Virus record (IMG/VR): IMGVR_UViG_3300031998_000006
Coordinates: 32,001 to 96,000 of that record
DNA length: 64,000 nt
Origin: a virus
Taxonomy: Duplodnaviria; Caudoviricetes
Reading direction: 5' to 3' (one strand)
Below the pieces are notes generated by a model. That model saw nothing but the letters and a program-made list of their open reading frames with translations. It was not told the DNA's origin and searched no databases. A program made the translations under genes and the position numbers. Below are positions 1 to 9,854 of the stretch, one piece after another (position 1 is the stretch's first letter; every line of letters begins with the position of its first letter).

Positions 1-315
1 TTTCATCTGTGAACCGATATGTTCAAGATTTCTACCATTAAATGGCCCATCGGGCATTTTGATTTTTACGGTATTTCCAAGTTCGTAGTCAAATATGGAT
101 TGTCCCTTAATAGCACCATAATTAAGAATGTCATTGTAAAGCCATTTGGCTTCTACGAACAGCATCTTGAAGTCTTCTTTTTGCCGTGCGGATAGCTTGT
201 TTTTCTGTACCTTGAGCATATAGACACGGCAGACTTGCGACTTACGCTTCTCGTGCGTAGCCTTCATAGCTTCCTTGATAGAAACATTCTTTGCAAGTCG
301 CTGTTCTTCGGTCAT
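1..315 (-). CDS. tnpB: TnpB-family protein, N-terminal part (runs off the window edge)
   Basis: Manual translation from ATG at 315: MTEEQRLAKNVSIKEAMKATHEKRKSQVCRVYMLKVQKNKLSARQKEDFKMLFVEAKWLYNDIL. This resembles a TnpB N-terminus and is divergent from tnpA, as in IS605. Confidence 0.7.
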   Translation of the reverse strand, partial: MTEEQRLAKNVSIKEAMKATHEKRKSQVCRVYMLKVQKNKLSARQKEDFKMLFVEAKWLYNDILNYGAIKGQSIFDYELGNTVKIKMPDGPFNGRNLEHIGSQMK

Positions 316-386
316 AGCAATAATCTAGTTAATTTTATTTAAAAATGCAAGCCATTTTTATAAAATTTAACTACATTTAGTTGTGT

Positions 387-791
387 ATGAGCAAATATGA
401 ACGATTCAACCATGCAAAAACCTTTTTGCGGTATCACCTAATTTTTTCTACAAAATATCGTAGGAAGGTTTTAAATCCTATACGGGATGACTTGTTAGAA
501 GCTATGCGGATTGCCCAAGAGAAAAACCGGAACTTCGGCATAGAGATAGACGAGGTTGACCAAGACCATATCCATCTGCTCGTCCGTATCAAGCCGAATG
601 AGTCTATCTCTAGGGTGGTACATGAGCTCAAGCAACAATCTACCTATCTAATGTGGCAAAAACACCATGATTATCTATCCAAGTTCTACTGGTCCGGTCA
701 ACACCATCTATGGACTCGTGGATATTTCGCATCTACTATAGGAGATGTTTATGAAAAAACATTGGTGGAATATATTAAAAATCAAGGTTGA
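387..791 (+). CDS. tnpA: IS200/IS605 Y1 (HUH) transposase TnpA
   Basis: YHLIFSTKYRR, HUH motif DHIHLL, LWTRGYFASTIG and C-terminal EYIKNQ (catalytic Tyr). Confidence 0.95.
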   Translation: MSKYERFNHAKTFLRYHLIFSTKYRRKVLNPIRDDLLEAMRIAQEKNRNFGIEIDEVDQDHIHLLVRIKPNESISRVVHELKQQSTYLMWQKHHDYLSKFYWSGQHHLWTRGYFASTIGDVYEKTLVEYIKNQG

Positions 792-898
792 ATGATGATT
801 AAAAAATTGATAAATTTATGTACAAGGAGTTGGTTGCGTTCATACGCCACCCTAAAGGGTGGCATCTTTCCCGTAGCCTATTGTCAAAAGGAGTTACC

Positions 899-1768
899 TT
901 GATTCAGTCCATAGCCATACAAGCCTACTTCAACCGGATGCGGCATTTCTTCACTCGTCAAGGATTTGACGAGTCTATGAAGGTTGTGTACGGAGCGGAT
1001 GCCGAAGGTCCGCAGAGATTGCTCGACCAGGATATGGCTGACAAGGATATGGACCGCAAGTCAACAACAGATAGGGAAACGGTCCGCAAGAAGCCATACA
1101 CATACCTTTTCTGGACCCGTGACTCGCTCAAGAACATTGTTAGACGCTCCATCAACCTCCAGGACGGAATCACGGAGGACGGAAAGCGGAGATTCAAGAA
1201 GACGGTTTCCGCATATTTCGGGATGGGCTGTGTACTCGTGTCTAACAAGGCTGAACTCATCGAGGACTTCTCCGAAGCGTTTGCAGCGGAGTACCAGAAT
1301 ATGCACAACATCCCCATCAACTACAAGTTCGGCTATGATGACAGAAGGGGCATCGTGGAGGGCGGTTTTGATGCGGAGTGCAACATTACCGCCATACAGG
1401 AACTTGGAACGGAAGAGCTTGTTTCCTTCCGTCAAGGGAACTTGTTCTCCTATAGCTGGAATGTCAATCTGTATTTGAATATCGTGTCCGAGTTTGCCGA
1501 TAGGCTGATGGCCCCGCTCCGCAAGGTGGTGGTGGACTTGTACAATCCGCAGGGAGTTCCCATCGTGGCTATGGATTTCAAGGTTCAGCCTAGGTTCAAC
1601 GAAGATGGCACTATTGCCAACCTTGATGAACTTACGGAAGTAGAGTCCAAGTGGAAAGACCACGTGGCTACCGATGGTACGGTGGTTCAAGTTCCCGAAC
1701 GAGCCTATGTGGAAACCGATGTGGATGATGGCTCGGACGATGGTTCGGACGATGGTTCAGGCATCTAA
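899..1768 (+). CDS. Hypothetical virion-region protein (possibly neck or tail completion)
   Basis: AAGGAG RBS followed by an in-frame TTG at 899, phage-like codon usage, and a DDGS x3 tail. The function is a guess from context. Confidence 0.6.
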   Translation: MIQSIAIQAYFNRMRHFFTRQGFDESMKVVYGADAEGPQRLLDQDMADKDMDRKSTTDRETVRKKPYTYLFWTRDSLKNIVRRSINLQDGITEDGKRRFKKTVSAYFGMGCVLVSNKAELIEDFSEAFAAEYQNMHNIPINYKFGYDDRRGIVEGGFDAECNITAIQELGTEELVSFRQGNLFSYSWNVNLYLNIVSEFADRLMAPLRKVVVDLYNPQGVPIVAMDFKVQPRFNEDGTIANLDELTEVESKWKDHVATDGTVVQVPERAYVETDVDDGSDDGSDDGSGI

Positions 1769-1923
1769 AATAATTTAAGAAATCCTATTGACATCTGCCG
1801 GTAATTTGTTGTTCGTGTTTTATAGGTATTTATATACAACTATTATTAGAGCTATTGAAATTTTTATAAATCAGCCTAAAAAATAAGATTGACATTTGTT
1901 ATATAACAATGTATTTTTAAGGT

Positions 1924-3225
1924 ATGAAGACGGTTAAACTCCAAATATCAAATGCCCCTGATGTGCTAGACGATATGCGTGTATTTAGCAGTATCGTCCG
2001 TATGGCGTTTAATCGTTACCAAGAAGGACTTTCCGAAAAGGAAGTCCGAGCCTATGTTAGTTCCAAGTTCTCCCACAATAGTTGGTTTATCCAGTCTGCC
2101 GTGAAGGAAGCACAGACTATCTATCTAGCCCGTGGAAAAGAAAAAATTGTGTTCGGGGGCAAATGGAATTTAACGCAATACCTTAAAGGCTTGATTACGA
2201 AAGAGCAGTTCAAGCGGACTCGTATGATGCCTATTTGTAGCTATGGTGAAAAGGCTAATACTGGTAATCGTCTTATAGATTTTGATTTGTTGAATAGTCT
2301 TATAATCTACAAGCCCTCTCGTTATGTTCACAAGGAAATTCGATTCTGCCCCGTAAAGAAAAAACTCGCCCACGAACTTGCTATAGTACAAGAACTTGCA
2401 GACAAAAAGAAGATGCCTATTACAGTCAAGTTCACGGATAAACATTTGTATCTAACCTATGATGAGTCCTTGATTTACAATGAAGCCTATAATAACTTGA
2501 AGTATACCAGAGTTTTAGGTATAGATATGAACCCCAACTATATAGGGGTTTCGGTTATTGAGTTTGATAAGAAGGATGAATTTAAATTATTGCACAAAGA
2601 AGTGTATGACTTAACCATTTTGACTAAACTTAGTGGCAAGGCTTCTACGGATGCTAAATCCCAGTATTATACAAACAAATTGAAACACGAAACAATCGCA
2701 ATCGCCCACAAGATTAACAAGTTGGTTGATTATTGGAAATGTTCTAAACTGGCTATTGAAGACCTTACTATCAATTCCGGAGATATACAAAAAGGAAATA
2801 CTTTCAACCGCTTATGTAATAACAAGTGGGAACGAACTCTGTTCGTGAACAAACTTAAAATGCTTGCCAACATACACAAGTATGAGTTGGTTGAAGTCAA
2901 TCCAATTTATTCATCTATCGTAGGTAACTTTGCATACGGCAATGAAAATACCCCTGATATGGTGGCAGCAAGCATCGAAATAGCTCGAAGAGCATACAAG
3001 AAGTTTGAGAAGGGGTGGTTCTACCCCAAGTTCAACGTTGAAACGCTAGATGAGCAATGGAAGCAAACACTAGCCGGAGTGAAGACTTGGAAGAAACTAT
3101 TCCAGATAGTTAAAGAAGCGAAACTGAAATATCGTTTTCTGTTATCCGATTATGTTGGAAATGCAGTCTTTAGCAAATTCTATAGGCAATGTAGGTGGAA
3201 ATTATATATATTTTCACGTAGTTGA
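1924..3225 (+). CDS. tnpB: TnpB-related RuvC nuclease lacking the Zn ribbon
   Basis: RuvC-I VLGIDMNP, RuvC-II LAIEDL, VNPIYSS and RuvC-III-like DMVAASIEIARR. No CxxC pairs. AT-rich relative to its flanks. Confidence 0.8.
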   Translation: MKTVKLQISNAPDVLDDMRVFSSIVRMAFNRYQEGLSEKEVRAYVSSKFSHNSWFIQSAVKEAQTIYLARGKEKIVFGGKWNLTQYLKGLITKEQFKRTRMMPICSYGEKANTGNRLIDFDLLNSLIIYKPSRYVHKEIRFCPVKKKLAHELAIVQELADKKKMPITVKFTDKHLYLTYDESLIYNEAYNNLKYTRVLGIDMNPNYIGVSVIEFDKKDEFKLLHKEVYDLTILTKLSGKASTDAKSQYYTNKLKHETIAIAHKINKLVDYWKCSKLAIEDLTINSGDIQKGNTFNRLCNNKWERTLFVNKLKMLANIHKYELVEVNPIYSSIVGNFAYGNENTPDMVAASIEIARRAYKKFEKGWFYPKFNVETLDEQWKQTLAGVKTWKKLFQIVKEAKLKYRFLLSDYVGNAVFSKFYRQCRWKLYIFSRS

Positions 3226-3289
3226 CTATAATTTTTGTATTTTATTTTTCCTATCGTATAAACTGAAACATTTTTCAAGGAGTTTCACG

Positions 3290-3532
3290 ATGGTTTACAA
3301 GGTTGACGATTCCCTTACCAATTTCAAGTTCTGGAGTGGTGCTGCTACGAATGCAGAACTCCTTACCTATGATGAACTAAAGCAACTTGACGATATTCTT
3401 CCGGAATATTTTGGTGAAGAAATCCCGACGCAGACGGAAATCAACGATATGTTCTGGTTTGATTTTCCGACCGTTGTGGAAGCCCTCGGTTACACCTACG
3501 ATGAAGACAATGGCGAAATCATCCGCGACTAG
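3290..3532 (+). CDS. Small acidic phage protein (FKFWSGA...TEINDMFWF)
   Basis: AAGGAG RBS and ATG at 3290; 80 aa. Confidence 0.8.
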   Translation: MVYKVDDSLTNFKFWSGAATNAELLTYDELKQLDDILPEYFGEEIPTQTEINDMFWFDFPTVVEALGYTYDEDNGEIIRD

Positions 3533-3544
3533 GAGTACAACGAT

Positions 3545-5284
3545 ATGTCTAACAACTTGAATTGGACCATCGCATACAAGACGGTCTTTGGCGAAAAGAA
3601 GGTGGAATCTTTCACGGACAAGAAGGAAGCTGACGCTCGTTATGAAGCCCTCCTTGCACGAACCTATGGTAGCCTTGGCGATATTGCCGGTGTGACGAAG
3701 CCGGTTCAGTCCGGGGCGAAGGTCACGGAATCCAAGGAACAGAAGACTCCGAAGAAGTGCGAATCTTGGGTGGTTGACTACAAGCGTCTGTTCGACTCCG
3801 AAATCGAGTCCGAAGAGTTTGACAACCTTACGGATGCGAACGAGTTCTACAACCGCCTTATGGACGATGCCGAAGGTTACGAGTTCATAGACGAACCCCG
3901 TGAAGTTGAAGGTCTTGAAGAATGCGGTGGCTCTTCTGCCGCATCTCTCGGTGCTATTCCCACGGGTGTTGTTAGACAGAACGATGAATCCAAGAAGTCC
4001 GAAGCAACGGGAGATACCGGCATTGATGCACAGATGATTGATGCCCTCCGCAAGAAAGCCAATGAGGACCGTGAATGGTTCGGCAAGTTCAACGATATGT
4101 TCTCCGAAGAACTCAAGGAAGCTGGTTTGGGTGGTTTCGTGATGGTGTTCCGTCCGAAGGACCCAACCAAGGTTGATGACCGCTTCCAGTACAACGTGGA
4201 ATGGCAGCCGTATGACTTGAACTACGATTTTGTTAAGAATGACGAGTTTAACCAGAAGACCTATGGCTTCATTGATTGCGAATGGGATGGCAAGTCCGTT
4301 GTTACGCACGACTACCGCCCATTGGACGAACAGAGCATTGACGATTTCTATGACACCGTTGTTGCAAGCGGTTCGGGCGATGAGGGTATCTTCCTCTGGG
4401 TGCTTGAGCAGTACAAGCAGAGCATCGGCAAGACGGAAGCCAAGAAGTCCGAAGCGGACGGTGATGAAGCCAAGCTCCAAGCCGCCTATGGCGATGGCGG
4501 CATCATTACTCACGAATCCTCCGCAGACGGCTTCTATGTGGATGACCATGACCCGATGGGCTATGCAATCCTCAATAACGATGTGGCTACGATGAAGGAA
4601 CTCTTCGCAGGCACTGCACCCGTTCCCGAAAAGCCTTGGACCTATGCCGGTTGGCACGAAGACACGGACGCCCCGGAAGACAAGGACGGAAACTATCCGT
4701 ATGTCTATGACTGGGAACGAGAAAACGATACCAACTTCGTGAACGACTGGAAGCGAGTTGTTGGCGAAACGAACAACGAAGAAGCCCTCAACTTTCTTCT
4801 TGAAAAGGCACCGGACTTTGTTCCTACCGCAATCGACTTCTACAATGCATTCCATGCCGGTTATGACAAGAAGCTGCTCCGCAAGTTGCTTGACAACATC
4901 AGCACGGTGGTTGACAAGGAAGACATCAGCCGTGAATATTTGAATTATGAAGACTTTGGCGAAGATGCCTACAACAACCTCGACAAGTTCTTGGATGCAT
5001 CCGAATCTTGTAAGTCCGAAGCCTTGCCCCCGAAGCAGTGGGGCAACCGCGCTCGTAAGTTCCCTTCCCGTGCCGCACTCGTCAACAAGGCGAAGACTCT
5101 CGGTGCTACCGAAATCATTAGCCACGATGATTACAAGAAGTTGAATGACGATGTGTTCCTCGACAAGATAGGCTTTGCAATGGACATCAACGGAAACTGC
5201 AAGGCTCGTCTGTGGTGGGGCGAAAAGGATGGAAAGTATTACTACACTATTACCCGTGATGTCCTCGACAAATCTGGCTGGTAA
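3545..5284 (+). CDS. Acidic multi-module protein with ESKKSE-type linkers (putative internal head polyprotein)
   Basis: AGGAG RBS. Linkers ESKKSE (3986), EAKKSE (4436) and ESCKSE (5003). Confidence 0.85.
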   Translation: MSNNLNWTIAYKTVFGEKKVESFTDKKEADARYEALLARTYGSLGDIAGVTKPVQSGAKVTESKEQKTPKKCESWVVDYKRLFDSEIESEEFDNLTDANEFYNRLMDDAEGYEFIDEPREVEGLEECGGSSAASLGAIPTGVVRQNDESKKSEATGDTGIDAQMIDALRKKANEDREWFGKFNDMFSEELKEAGLGGFVMVFRPKDPTKVDDRFQYNVEWQPYDLNYDFVKNDEFNQKTYGFIDCEWDGKSVVTHDYRPLDEQSIDDFYDTVVASGSGDEGIFLWVLEQYKQSIGKTEAKKSEADGDEAKLQAAYGDGGIITHESSADGFYVDDHDPMGYAILNNDVATMKELFAGTAPVPEKPWTYAGWHEDTDAPEDKDGNYPYVYDWERENDTNFVNDWKRVVGETNNEEALNFLLEKAPDFVPTAIDFYNAFHAGYDKKLLRKLLDNISTVVDKEDISREYLNYEDFGEDAYNNLDKFLDASESCKSEALPPKQWGNRARKFPSRAALVNKAKTLGATEIISHDDYKKLNDDVFLDKIGFAMDINGNCKARLWWGEKDGKYYYTITRDVLDKSGW

Positions 5285-5304
5285 CAAGGAGAAAAAAAAA
5301 GATT

Positions 5305-5589
5305 ATGTCCAAATTAACTATCAAGACTAACGAAGAATCTGGCGATGCATCGTTGCGTGACCTCATCCATGATGACAAGGAAAATACCCTTCTTGCAAAG
5401 TTCGGTACTTTGGGTGATGCCAACCGTTGTTTTGCGGCACTTTCTGGTGTCCTTTTCGACAATGGCGAACTTGCACAGCACGAAACCGTGGCATTGTTCC
5501 CGATTATGTCTAATGTGGCAGTCTTTATGTATGATAAAGCCGGTGCTGATGCCGTGGAAGAATACATCCTTGAACATTTCGGAGTTTAG
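5305..5589 (+). CDS. Putative internal head protein, leader MSKLTIKTNE
   Basis: AAGGAG RBS; shared 10-aa leader. Confidence 0.85.
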   Translation: MSKLTIKTNEESGDASLRDLIHDDKENTLLAKFGTLGDANRCFAALSGVLFDNGELAQHETVALFPIMSNVAVFMYDKAGADAVEEYILEHFGV

Positions 5590-5591
5590 TT

Positions 5592-5990
5592 ATGTCAAAG
5601 TTGGTAATTAAGGCTTACGAACATAGGGTAAAGGAGTCCACGGACTCTACCACTTACTCCATCATTTCTGCTTTCGGAAAGTACGAGGATGCCGATGGGC
5701 ATTCCGGTACTCTCTATGATGCAAGCACCCTCGTAACTACCCGTGAGTTTGCTTCCGCAGACGAACTTATCCAGTTCGTTTATCGCAAGTTGAAGATGAA
5801 CCCGAAGAACTGCACGGTCAATTCCCTTGATAGGGATGAGGGCGAATCGTACATTAGCCTTGAGGTTGTGTACAAGACTCGCTCTACTACCCAGTCCTAT
5901 CTGTTGCGTATCGTAGGTTACAAGCGTATCGCCTGCCCGAAGGACGAACTCGTGGATGCATTCAAACCTATTTTGTACAAGGAAGGTTGA
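5592..5990 (+). CDS. Putative internal head protein, leader MSKLVIKAYE
   Basis: GGAG RBS; shared 10-aa leader. Confidence 0.85.
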   Translation: MSKLVIKAYEHRVKESTDSTTYSIISAFGKYEDADGHSGTLYDASTLVTTREFASADELIQFVYRKLKMNPKNCTVNSLDRDEGESYISLEVVYKTRSTTQSYLLRIVGYKRIACPKDELVDAFKPILYKEG

Positions 5991-6013
5991 TTTTAATTCA
6001 AGGAGACTGTATT

Positions 6014-6382
6014 ATGGCAAAATTTAAATGTTCTATGCAGAAGAAGAAGGAATCTCTTGCCAAGGAATCCGAAGCAAAGAAGAACGAAGGGTTTATGAAT
6101 GACCTTCCGTATGATGCATCGGTTGCAATAGAATCGCTTTGTGCCGAGATTATGGCACACCCGGACACATTTACTATTGAAGATTCTGCCGTAGCTGAAA
6201 TGTGTGGCAAATGGTATATCCGTAGTTATGCGGATGGCCCCACGATGGCACATAATGAAGATGAATGGGTGGAAGAAGTTACCGCTGGGTTGTCTGGTAG
6301 CCCAGTGGATGGTTCTCCGTTTGGAGCTGCCGAAGCGGAAGAATATGCTCACAAGGTATTCCAAGAAGAACTTGCAGAATAA
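6014..6382 (+). CDS. Acidic protein with KFKCSMQKKKESL leader
   Basis: AAGGAG RBS and ATG at 6014; the leader recurs elsewhere in the window. Confidence 0.85.
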   Translation: MAKFKCSMQKKKESLAKESEAKKNEGFMNDLPYDASVAIESLCAEIMAHPDTFTIEDSAVAEMCGKWYIRSYADGPTMAHNEDEWVEEVTAGLSGSPVDGSPFGAAEAEEYAHKVFQEELAE

Positions 6383-6545
6383 TATTTTTGAATAGATAGC
6401 ACGGATTAGCTATAAATTTTGTATATTTATAGCATCAAGTTTAATGAATTAGTGGCTTTCTTCATTAAACGATAAGAACCATTTTACGATGGCTCGTTTG
6501 GAATTGAAAGCCACAGTAAGTTCCGAACGAGTCATTTTTGTATCT

Positions 6546-8240
6546 ATGAGTAAGCATTGTTGGACATTGAAGGATAAGTATGAGTCACAGTTCTCTGTGT
6601 CTTTTTATCCATTTATGTTGTCCAACACGAAGAAAGCTGAAATCCTACATAGGGCAGAAGAGATACGAGCGGTTAGAAATGAAATATCGGAAATCGTACA
6701 TAATGATATGTTACGGTTTCAAGATATGTCAAAGTTTAGTTTTCAAAAAGTATTTAATTCTTTATATAATCATAGGCTTTCTAGTCATTATTTACATAAG
6801 GCGATTGATGATGTTTGGATAGCATATAATCGTAGATTTAAGGCGATTGCTCAAAAGATTGAATTTTATAAAGTTGATAAGCTAATCCCCACATTTTATA
6901 AAATCAATACTCATGGACATCATATAGGCGATTTACGTAGTATTACTTGTCATACTCGTAAAACTGATTTGACATTAGCTCTGACTTGGTTGGCTAAACA
7001 CGGTAATGATACTACTATTGAATGGTTAAAATCTACAATAGCTTCGGGGTCTTCCAAGAATGCCTTTTATTATAAGTTATTAGGATATATTCAACGTTTT
7101 GGGTTTGGGCGACTTATGCGGTTGGCAACATCTCGACGGGATGCCTTATTTAAGTCTTATTTTTTACGCGGTAGGATTATTTTTAATTCTTTGACATTTC
7201 ATGGAAGGAGTAGGCATACTCGACCTATTGTAAGTTTGGCTCGAAAAGAAAAGGGTAAGTTTAATTGTTATATAGAACTTTCATGGCTGTGGAATAATCA
7301 AGGTTATCATGGTGTGGCTACAAATGCTTTATGCATTCCGGTTAAGTATAGTAAAGCATATCATCGGTCTTTAACTAGATATACTCATAGTTTTGATACC
7401 TTTTATACTATGGTTATTACAGGTAAGGATATTCATATAGTTTTATATAGACGAGGGTATCGGTACAAGAATAATGTAGAGATTAGTGATAACAATACTA
7501 TAGGTATAGATGTTAATTCTAAAACTAATATGTTTACTTTAAGTACGGGTGGGTTTATAGCTAATGATTCATCCCTAATAAATGAGTTTATAGTAGAATC
7601 TCGTAAGGTTGATAGAAAGCAACATCACTATAATTCTAGGTATGCTATCCAGCCTGATGTTTCAGCATTTAAGATGTCTAAAACGGATAAAATTCATATC
7701 AGTTCTATTTCTAGGAAATTGAAGGAATCTAATAGAAGAACTATTGTAAACTTATGTAAGCAACTTGCCATTAAGGGTATATGGCATATTGCTATGGAAA
7801 ATTTAATTGGATTTAAAGGTACTAAATTACATCCAAATGATGAATTAGGGTTTAATCTAGGGAGGTTGCATAAATATATAAATTTATCCTCATTAAAGGA
7901 CGAGTTTATACATATAGCTCCCAAGTACGGGTTGTCCGTATCTCTTGTGCAACCCGAATACACATCAAAGATGTGTGGACATTGCGGATGCATAGATGAC
8001 CGCAATCGTCAAACCCAAGAAGTTTTTAAATGTGTTGAATGTGGGCATACAGAAAATGCTGACGTTCATAGTGCAAAGAATATCAAATTCCGTCTTACCT
8101 CGACCGTGTTAAGGGGGTACTTGTTCGAAAGAGCGAGGGATAACGGATATAGGAACTTTCAGCCAAAGAGCTTGTCTAGGTGGCAAGTAAGGGAGTTCCT
8201 AGAAAAATGTCGTAGCAGTGGGCTATTTAGTAGTTCATAG
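6546..8240 (+). CDS. tnpB: Large TnpB-family RuvC nuclease (~560 aa)
   Basis: IGIDVN, AMENL, PEYTSKMCGHCG, FKCVECGH and NADVHSAKNI. Very AT-rich. The start could instead be 6489. Confidence 0.88.
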   Translation: MSKHCWTLKDKYESQFSVSFYPFMLSNTKKAEILHRAEEIRAVRNEISEIVHNDMLRFQDMSKFSFQKVFNSLYNHRLSSHYLHKAIDDVWIAYNRRFKAIAQKIEFYKVDKLIPTFYKINTHGHHIGDLRSITCHTRKTDLTLALTWLAKHGNDTTIEWLKSTIASGSSKNAFYYKLLGYIQRFGFGRLMRLATSRRDALFKSYFLRGRIIFNSLTFHGRSRHTRPIVSLARKEKGKFNCYIELSWLWNNQGYHGVATNALCIPVKYSKAYHRSLTRYTHSFDTFYTMVITGKDIHIVLYRRGYRYKNNVEISDNNTIGIDVNSKTNMFTLSTGGFIANDSSLINEFIVESRKVDRKQHHYNSRYAIQPDVSAFKMSKTDKIHISSISRKLKESNRRTIVNLCKQLAIKGIWHIAMENLIGFKGTKLHPNDELGFNLGRLHKYINLSSLKDEFIHIAPKYGLSVSLVQPEYTSKMCGHCGCIDDRNRQTQEVFKCVECGHTENADVHSAKNIKFRLTSTVLRGYLFERARDNGYRNFQPKSLSRWQVREFLEKCRSSGLFSSS

Positions 8241-8384
8241 GAAAATCACAAGATTCTTGTAGATTTTTAGGTTACGATAGAAATGCTGCCCCAATTATTT
8301 GAAATAAACACCTATATGGCAAATACTATATTTGCATTTTATAGGTGTTTTTGTTATTATTAGGTATATCTGGAGATTTTAATT

Positions 8385-9452
8385 ATGAAAATAATTGAAG
8401 ACTATATCCCATTTAAGTGCGAAATTATAGATGACATTTCTAGGGTGGACGAGTCCGCACAGTCCGAGGTTGCCAAGTCGGGTGGCACGATTCTCGCCAT
8501 TGTGAAGGGTCCTCATTTCTGTCCCGGAAAGGTCAGCCGTAACCACAGACTTTATACGGAAGAACTCTGGGAAGCAGCAAGCAAGGATGAGGAAGTTCAG
8601 CGCAAGCTCGCCAATGGGCAGATGTTTGGTCGTGTGGGTCACGAAGCCGAAATTACCGATGAAGACATCGGGGCAGGCAACTACTCCCACATTACTCGTA
8701 ACATCGACTGGAAGACCGGCATTGCGGAATCCGTCATCTTCAACACCCCGATGGGCAATAATCTCTACACCCTTCTCCGTGCCGGTACTACCACGATGTA
8801 TGTCAGCTCCCGTGCTGACGGCGACTACTGTGGCAAGGACGAGGATGACAATGACATTCTTGACCCGAAGACCTACAAGCTGGAACGATTTGACTTTGTT
8901 CAGGACCCCGGCTTCCTTGATGCCAAGCCGAAGCTGATTTCCGAATCCAAGAAGAAAGAGGACGAAAACCTCAAGGAAACCATTGGAGAGAAGGTTGCAG
9001 AATCGCTTCTCAACCTCGCTATGGAAATCGGAGCGCCCCTTGAACTCGATGGCTCTACCTACTCTGTTGACAAGGTTTGCGAAAGCAAGGTGGATATGTC
9101 CGATTGCGAAACGATGACCAGCGATACCTACACTCTCGGCGACTTTACCGAAGTGACGGAAGATATGCGTAAGGGAATCGTTGAACATTTCAACAACCAG
9201 CAGAAGGAACTTGAGGAATCTCGCAAGGAACTTGAAGAAGCCCACAAGCTCATCAAGACCCTCCGCTTCGCCAACCGCAAGGGCTTGGACGAAGACTATG
9301 TGGAAAGACGAGTGAGTGAGGGTGCATCGCTTGAAAGCATCGAACGCGAACATCCCACTCCGCAGCCGTTCAAGGTTGTGGAAGCCAAGTTCAAGAAGGT
9401 CAACGAAGAATACGATACACTTGATTACCTGCTCGGCTTGGGCAGAAAGTGA
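8385..9452 (+). CDS. gp21: Prohead (maturation) protease, T4 gp21-like, with C-terminal extension
   Basis: SRNHRLY, FGRVGH (His), YVSSRADG (Ser) and FDFVQDPGF follow the gp21-family motif order; lies upstream of the scaffold and capsid genes. Confidence 0.85.
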   Translation: MKIIEDYIPFKCEIIDDISRVDESAQSEVAKSGGTILAIVKGPHFCPGKVSRNHRLYTEELWEAASKDEEVQRKLANGQMFGRVGHEAEITDEDIGAGNYSHITRNIDWKTGIAESVIFNTPMGNNLYTLLRAGTTTMYVSSRADGDYCGKDEDDNDILDPKTYKLERFDFVQDPGFLDAKPKLISESKKKEDENLKETIGEKVAESLLNLAMEIGAPLELDGSTYSVDKVCESKVDMSDCETMTSDTYTLGDFTEVTEDMRKGIVEHFNNQQKELEESRKELEEAHKLIKTLRFANRKGLDEDYVERRVSEGASLESIEREHPTPQPFKVVEAKFKKVNEEYDTLDYLLGLGRK

Positions 9453-9463
9453 GGAGCATAACT

Positions 9464-9838
9464 ATGGGTAAGATGAAGATTAAGGTTCACGAAGCCGTTT
9501 CGGATAGAGCGGATATTGTGATTAGCGATTTCTTGGATGACCATAAGGCTGATGCTCATGATTTAATGACTTCGGCATTTTCTGAAATTTTGTATGGAAT
9601 GGGTCCTAACCAGACGATAGACAAAGATTTGGCAGAAGTGTTAGCGGAATACGCTTATCGTATGATTTTGTACAACGCCTACTACTATGACCAGTACGTG
9701 CCTACTTTGGAAGAATTTGCCGAAATGTGCAATAAGAAGCGTATGGAAACCCCGTTAATGGATTCTACCACCCATGCATTTACGGATGCTATTATCAAGC
9801 AAATCTATATGCAATATGCTCCTTTGTTGAAGGACTAA
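9464..9838 (+). CDS. Putative internal head protein, leader MGKMKIKVHE
   Basis: GAGGAG RBS and ATG at 9464; shared leader. Confidence 0.85.
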   Translation: MGKMKIKVHEAVSDRADIVISDFLDDHKADAHDLMTSAFSEILYGMGPNQTIDKDLAEVLAEYAYRMILYNAYYYDQYVPTLEEFAEMCNKKRMETPLMDSTTHAFTDAIIKQIYMQYAPLLKD

Positions 9839-9854
9839 TTAAGGGCGGTTACTT

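Larger units (their letters stand above)
1..882 (-). mobile_element. IS605-type element (divergent tnpA/tnpB), partial
   Basis: tnpA plus divergent tnpB. Subterminal hairpin GCCACCC-TAAA-GGGTGGC at 846-863. The exact end is inferred. Confidence 0.75.

Noticed and set aside
818-898. ORF start at 818, suggesting an IS-interrupted gene
   Set aside because: This stretch is the IS end and intergenic DNA; an RBS plus TTG at 899 gives an intact gene.
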